64,000 bases of DNA from Candidatus Hadarchaeum sp. (lineage in GTDB: Archaea; Hadarchaeota; Hadarchaeia; Hadarchaeales; Hadarchaeaceae), in NCBI GenBank assembly GCA_020725895.1, contig DYTO01000002.1:3966-67965 (forward strand), read 5' to 3'. Both the position numbers and the translations under genes were made by a program. The notes under the pieces are model-generated. The model searched no databases, was not told the DNA's origin, and saw only the letters and a list, made by a program, of their open reading frames with translations. How positions within the stretch are numbered: the first letter of the stretch is position 1; the number at the start of each line of letters is the position of its first letter. Below, piece by piece: positions 59,436 through 64,000 of this stretch.

Positions 59436-59572
59436 ATCACCGGCTTTCTCTACCCGACAAAATTAAAGCTGTTTTTGAGGAGGGGTGGGCGGAAGTATTA
59501 TTTTTCGCGGGGGGATGTCGAATTCCTGAATGGATTTTTAAGTCAACGAAAATAATCATCTCTGAGTCAACC

Positions 59573-59923
59573 ATGACCGATTGTCCAGTTTGCGGAAAAA
59601 ACAACCCGGATAACCAAAGGTCATGTTTCTGGTGCGGGGCCGACTTGACGGCGGCGAAAGCCGTGAAGATGGAGATCCGAGCTCCAACCGAGCCAAAACC
59701 GGTCGCAAAAGTCCAAGTCCCGGAACCGAAAGCCATGGCAAAATTCGAGCAGCCCCGATCTCAGAAGATTGAAATCCCGTCACCGGCGGCCGAGAGGAAG
59801 ATCCAACAAGCCATTCGTCAGCCCGAACAAACCAAGGATTATCTAAAACTAGCGCTGATTATAGCAACTATCGTCGTCATCGTTCTGGCGGCAATACTTT
59901 TCTTGGCATTGGGTCGTCATTGA
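59573..59923 (+). CDS. Zinc-ribbon membrane-anchored protein
   Basis: CPVCG..N...CFWCG; C-terminal TM. Confidence 0.75.
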   Translation: MTDCPVCGKNNPDNQRSCFWCGADLTAAKAVKMEIRAPTEPKPVAKVQVPEPKAMAKFEQPRSQKIEIPSPAAERKIQQAIRQPEQTKDYLKLALIIATIVVIVLAAILFLALGRH

Positions 59924-59934
59924 ATAGGCAATAT

Positions 59935-60150
59935 TTATTTCGTCAGGTAATATCCAGCAGACTTTTCCCTAGCCACGCGTTTCGCGTATCCCTTGTTGAC
60001 GAGCTCGAGGACCGCGTTGTTCATCATTCCCTTGGGCATGTTGGAAGCCCGCATCACGTCGTCGGCCGTCTTCAGGGCGTTTGGGTTCGTCGCCCCGATC
60101 TTCTTCAGCGTGTCGTACACTTTCTGCGCGTTCGGACTCAAATCACTCAT
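59935..60150 (-). CDS. Small winged-HTH protein
   Basis: 71 aa, wHTH-like pattern; GAGGTGG upstream. Confidence 0.7.
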   Translation of the reverse strand: MSDLSPNAQKVYDTLKKIGATNPNALKTADDVMRASNMPKGMMNNAVLELVNKGYAKRVAREKSAGYYLTK

Positions 60151-60191
60151 GTTACCACCTCGTTACCTCTCTTTTTCTAAAATGGCGCCTT

Positions 60192-61034
60192 TTAAGCCTT
60201 GCCGGTTATTTTCATGCCCATGTCGATGGCCGGCGCTTTCATTGTCATGTAACTCGATGAGACCACGTCGACCCCCGTCGCAGCGAAATCCCCGATGTTC
60301 TTCAGGGTTATCCCGCCGGACGCCTCGAGCAGGACCTTGTCGCGCAGCTTCTTCCTTTCAAGAAGCCTCACGGCCCGCCTGACCTGGCTCGGGGTCATGT
60401 TATCCAAGAGGATTATATCCGCGCCAGCCTGTGCGGCAGGAACTACGTCTTCAACTTCCGCGACCTCGACCTCGACTTTCCCCTTGTTCGTGGCCTTGGC
60501 CATCTTCACGGCCTTCTCAATCGAACCGACGATCTTGAGGTGGTTTACCTTGATCAGGATTTGCTCGCTCAGGTTGTACCTGTGCGGTTCGCCGCCGGCT
60601 ATGATGACGGCGCGCTTGTCCAGGTATGTCAGGAGCGGTGCTGTTTTCCTAGTTGCAGAAACGCGGATTTTTGGGTTTCTTCCCCTGGCCTTTTCCACCA
60701 TCTCTTTCGTGGCGGTGGCGATCCCGCTCATCCTCATGAGGAGGTTCAGGGCAACGCGCTCCGCCCCGAATATTTTTTTGGCCGTCCCCTCGACCCTGAT
60801 CACTTCCATCCCTGGCTTCACCGATGAGCCGTCCTCCACGAGAATCTCTGAAAAAACACCGTTCTCGCTGAAAACGGAAACCGTTTCCACCGCCCCGGCA
60901 AGAACGCATGCCTGCTTAGCGACGATTACCCCCCTCGCTTTTTCGCTGCTTTTCAAAAGGGCGTTCGACGTGATGTCGCCGGAAGCGATGTCCTCCGCGA
61001 GCATTTCCTTTATTTTCTTCTTCAAGTCCACCAT
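60192..61034 (-). CDS. nadC: Quinolinate phosphoribosyltransferase
   Basis: MSGIAT, TRKT, LLDNM, EASGGI. Confidence 0.93.
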   Translation of the reverse strand: MVDLKKKIKEMLAEDIASGDITSNALLKSSEKARGVIVAKQACVLAGAVETVSVFSENGVFSEILVEDGSSVKPGMEVIRVEGTAKKIFGAERVALNLLMRMSGIATATKEMVEKARGRNPKIRVSATRKTAPLLTYLDKRAVIIAGGEPHRYNLSEQILIKVNHLKIVGSIEKAVKMAKATNKGKVEVEVAEVEDVVPAAQAGADIILLDNMTPSQVRRAVRLLERKKLRDKVLLEASGGITLKNIGDFAATGVDVVSSSYMTMKAPAIDMGMKITGKA

Positions 61035-61043
61035 TTGCCTCAC

Positions 61044-61871
61044 CTATGTCCCGATCCTTACAGCCTCGCTCAGATTTTTGAGTGTCCTGACAGCGGAGAG
61101 CGCCGCGAGGTAGCTTGTCTTGCGCGAGTCCGGGAAAGGCAGGTTCCTGGCTATCGTCACCAACTCCCCGGATTTTCCCCGCACGATTATCTCGTGGACG
61201 TTCTTCCTGAGCTTGGGGTCGGCGATTATCCTCACACGGGTCTTGTCGAGGCCTATTCCAGCAAGGCTCAAAGTCGCGGCGACGTTCACGCTAGCTGGGA
61301 ACGCTTTGACTGCTTTGCGGGCCGGGCCGTCGAATATCAATCGCGGCTTTTTCAAATTCTTCAAATTGATCCCGCGTTTTTTGATGTATTCGCCGTAGGC
61401 GAGCGCTGCCGGCGGCTTGCTTGTCGTCAGGATGACCCGCCTGATTTTTCCGATGGCCGCCGCTTTGACGCCGTCTATCCCGAGAATCGCGCCGGATGGG
61501 ATGAAGACTCGGCGTTCGTTTTTGTCCGCGGCTTTCCTGACGCTGTTCAAGAGTTTTTGGTCTGAGAATGCGCCGACCGACATCACCATGAGGTCCTTTT
61601 TGGAGTTCAGGACGTCGAGCGCGTACTGCTCGACCGCGAGCTGGGAGGCGGACTCGATCACGAGGTCGACATCCTCATCCGCGTATATGTCGGTGGCGGC
61701 GGCGGCTATTTTCGGTTTTGAACGTAGTTTCTTGACGAGTTTCTCTGACTTGTCGCGCCTTATGTCGTATAACCAGACCAGCCTGGCCTCGCCCGCCACG
61801 CCCTTGTCGATGGCCTTTGCAAGCGTCGTGCCTATCGCACCGCAGCCGATTATCGCGACGTATAGTTTCAT
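61044..61871 (-). CDS. nadX: L-aspartate dehydrogenase
   Basis: IGCGAIG, SVGA, SGAILGID, FP.SVNVAA, TSYLAALS. Confidence 0.92.
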   Translation of the reverse strand: MKLYVAIIGCGAIGTTLAKAIDKGVAGEARLVWLYDIRRDKSEKLVKKLRSKPKIAAAATDIYADEDVDLVIESASQLAVEQYALDVLNSKKDLMVMSVGAFSDQKLLNSVRKAADKNERRVFIPSGAILGIDGVKAAAIGKIRRVILTTSKPPAALAYGEYIKKRGINLKNLKKPRLIFDGPARKAVKAFPASVNVAATLSLAGIGLDKTRVRIIADPKLRKNVHEIIVRGKSGELVTIARNLPFPDSRKTSYLAALSAVRTLKNLSEAVRIGT

Positions 61872-61931
61872 CAACCTCAATAGTATTCGACGCTTTTAAT
61901 TTTGGTGTTTTTGGTTTGCAGGATATGGAAA

Positions 61932-62008
61932 TGGTGGGCCCGGAGGGATTCGAACCCTCGATCTCCACCGTGTCAGGGTGGCGTCATAACCAACTGGACT
62001 ACAGGCCC
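61932..62008 (-). tRNA. tRNA-Val(GAC), intronless
   Basis: CCACC CT GAC AC GGTGG; encoded CCA. Confidence 0.95.
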
Positions 62009-62062
62009 ACAACCTACATAGAGTAAAGGACCTATTTTGTTTTTGCGGTTGGAAGTGAAAAA

Positions 62063-63814
62063 ATGGGTTCAAATCTGGTGAAAGCGGCTCTGGGTGAGAT
62101 GCCCGCGGACGTCGTTCTGAAGAACGGTAATCTCGTGAACGTCAACACGGCGGAGGTCGAGAGAAGCGTAGACGTCGCCGTGAAAGACGGCAGGGTGGCG
62201 CTTGTCGGCGATGCGAAGCACTGCGTCGGCGACACCACGAGAGTGGTCGACATCCGAGGGGAGTTCATAGTTCCAGGCCTTCTTGACGCCCACATCCACA
62301 TCGAAAGTTCCATGCTTACATTGACCCAGTTCGCTAGGGCAGTTTTGCCACGGGGAACGACCGGGGTTTTCATAGACCCCCACGAGATTGTGAACGTATT
62401 GGGGCTCAAAGGAATGGAAATCCTGATGGAAGAGGGAAAGAGGCTGCCGCTGAAAGTTTTCTTCGAGGTCCCGTCATGCGTGCCTTCTGCGCCAAGCCTC
62501 GAGACGAACGGTGCCGAGCTAGGACCGAGAGAGGTCGCCAGCGCGATGAAGTTTGGGAACGTGGTCGGACTCGCCGAGATGATGAACGTTCCAGGCGTCC
62601 TTTCAGGCGACGAGACCGTCAGCCGTAAACTGGAAATCGCGAAGGGTTTTGGGCGGGTAATCGAGGGTCACGCTCCGGGGATGGGCGGCAAGGAGTTGGC
62701 AGCGTACATATCAGCCGGAATTCACTCGGACCACGAGTCCTCGGTTGGGAAGGAGGCTGTGGAAAAGTTGAGGAGAGGGATGAAGCTGGAGATTCGCGAG
62801 GGTTCGGCCGCAAGAAACCTCTCGGCTCTGATGAAAGATATAGTGAAGCTTGTGTACGATACCAGGCACTGTCTTCTGGCTACTGACGACAAGCATCCCG
62901 GCGACCTATTGAAAGAGGGGCATATAGACCATGCAATCAGGTTGGCGATAAAAGAGGGGGTAGAGCCGGTCGAGGCAATCCAGATGGCCACCCTGAACAC
63001 GGCCGAGCACTTCGGGATTCTAGAGCTCGGTTCGATCTCGCCCGGAAAAGTCGCTGACATCGTCATTGTGAAAGATTTGGAGAAGTTCACGGCCGGCCGA
63101 GTTTTCGCGAGCGGCAAGCTCGTGGCAGATAAAGGAAGGATGATTGCAAAGTTACAAGGTTTCGCTTACCCGGATTTCACCAAGGCAACGATTAATCTGA
63201 AGAAAAAACCGGTAGCTAAGGATTTCACCGTCAAGGCGGGTTCAGGTTCCAAAACCAAGTCAAAAGTCATCTGTGTCATGGATGGTGAGATAACAACCGA
63301 AATGGAAATTCTAAAACTAAAATCCAAAAATGGAGAATTCCTGCCGGATGTTTCAAAGGATGTCATCAGGGCCGCTGTCGTGGAGAGACACAGGAGAACC
63401 GGGAACGTCGGGCTCGGCTTCGTCCGCGGCTTCGGGTTGAACAAAGGGGCGCTGGCTTCAAGCGTCGGTCACGATTCGCACAACATCACAGTTCTCGGAG
63501 TTGAAAAGGAGGAGATGGCGGTTGCAGTCGACGAGATTCAAAAATCAGGAGGCGGCCAGGTCGTGGTCCTGAACGGGAAGGCAATCGCCAAGGTTGAACT
63601 TCCGATAGCCGGGCTCCTGTCGGAAAAGCCAGCCGAGGATGTCGCCAGGGAGGTCGATGCACTCAACCTGGCCGCGCGCAGGCTCGGCACAAAGCTGAAG
63701 TCGCCTTTCATGACGATGGCTTTCCTTTCACTTCCCGTAATCCCGAAACTGCGGTTGACTGATAAAGGTTTAGTCGACGTTGAAAAGTTTTCAATCGTGA
63801 ACCTGCTCGATTGA
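62063..63814 (+). CDS. ade: Adenine deaminase
   Basis: DAHIHIESS, DPHEI, SDHE, REGS, TDD, HDSHN. Confidence 0.95.
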   Translation: MGSNLVKAALGEMPADVVLKNGNLVNVNTAEVERSVDVAVKDGRVALVGDAKHCVGDTTRVVDIRGEFIVPGLLDAHIHIESSMLTLTQFARAVLPRGTTGVFIDPHEIVNVLGLKGMEILMEEGKRLPLKVFFEVPSCVPSAPSLETNGAELGPREVASAMKFGNVVGLAEMMNVPGVLSGDETVSRKLEIAKGFGRVIEGHAPGMGGKELAAYISAGIHSDHESSVGKEAVEKLRRGMKLEIREGSAARNLSALMKDIVKLVYDTRHCLLATDDKHPGDLLKEGHIDHAIRLAIKEGVEPVEAIQMATLNTAEHFGILELGSISPGKVADIVIVKDLEKFTAGRVFASGKLVADKGRMIAKLQGFAYPDFTKATINLKKKPVAKDFTVKAGSGSKTKSKVICVMDGEITTEMEILKLKSKNGEFLPDVSKDVIRAAVVERHRRTGNVGLGFVRGFGLNKGALASSVGHDSHNITVLGVEKEEMAVAVDEIQKSGGGQVVVLNGKAIAKVELPIAGLLSEKPAEDVAREVDALNLAARRLGTKLKSPFMTMAFLSLPVIPKLRLTDKGLVDVEKFSIVNLLD

Positions 63815-63865
63815 GAGTTGCGGAAGTATTTTAGCCGAATGAAGCGCGAATAATTCGGGGTTAAA

Positions 63866-64000
63866 ATGGTCCGATGTCCGAATTGCGGCAGAGACAACCC
63901 ACCTACTTTCAGAAGATGCTACTGGTGCGAGAGAGACCTCTCCTTCGAGGTTCAGCACTGGATGGAGCACGCCGACGAGCCCACTCCCTCTCCGGAATCG
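63866..64000 (+). CDS. Zinc-ribbon protein, N-terminal part (partial)
   Basis: Manual translation MVRCPNCGRDNPPTFRRCYWC... Confidence 0.6.
   Translation, partial: MVRCPNCGRDNPPTFRRCYWCERDLSFEVQHWMEHADEPTPSPES

Overview
Archaeal chromosomal segment, probably from a Hadarchaeota/Euryarchaeota-like lineage (inferred from unsplit RpoB, split RpoA'/A'' and archaeal ribosomal proteins). Most of it is core genes: a glycosylation cluster, leuS/alaS, rpl12-P0-L1-L11-ssb-spt5-secE-ftsZ, a DAP-lysine operon, rpoH-B-A1-A2-L30e-nusA-S12-S7-tuf-S10, nadC/nadX, ade, 5S rRNA, seven clear tRNAs and one atypical tRNA-like gene. The main signal is a large set of tiny bulge-helix-bulge (BHB) introns. Ten lie in five tRNAs, many at non-canonical positions, with four in the initiator tRNA-Met alone. 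One 22-nt BHB intron lies in a protein-coding gene and splits the catalytic D-x-E motif of a YprB/DEDD exonuclease. Four free-standing, AT-rich LAGLIDADG endonuclease genes each abut or overlap an intron-containing gene, and three take their stop codon from the intron or tRNA. This suggests (inference) a two-part homing system in which a neighbouring endonuclease spreads micro-introns that protect the target site. Other oddities: a second EF-1alpha with gene-conversion-like tracts, stand-alone Cas2-like and CARF genes, three disrupted accessory genes and unannotated Zn-finger microproteins.
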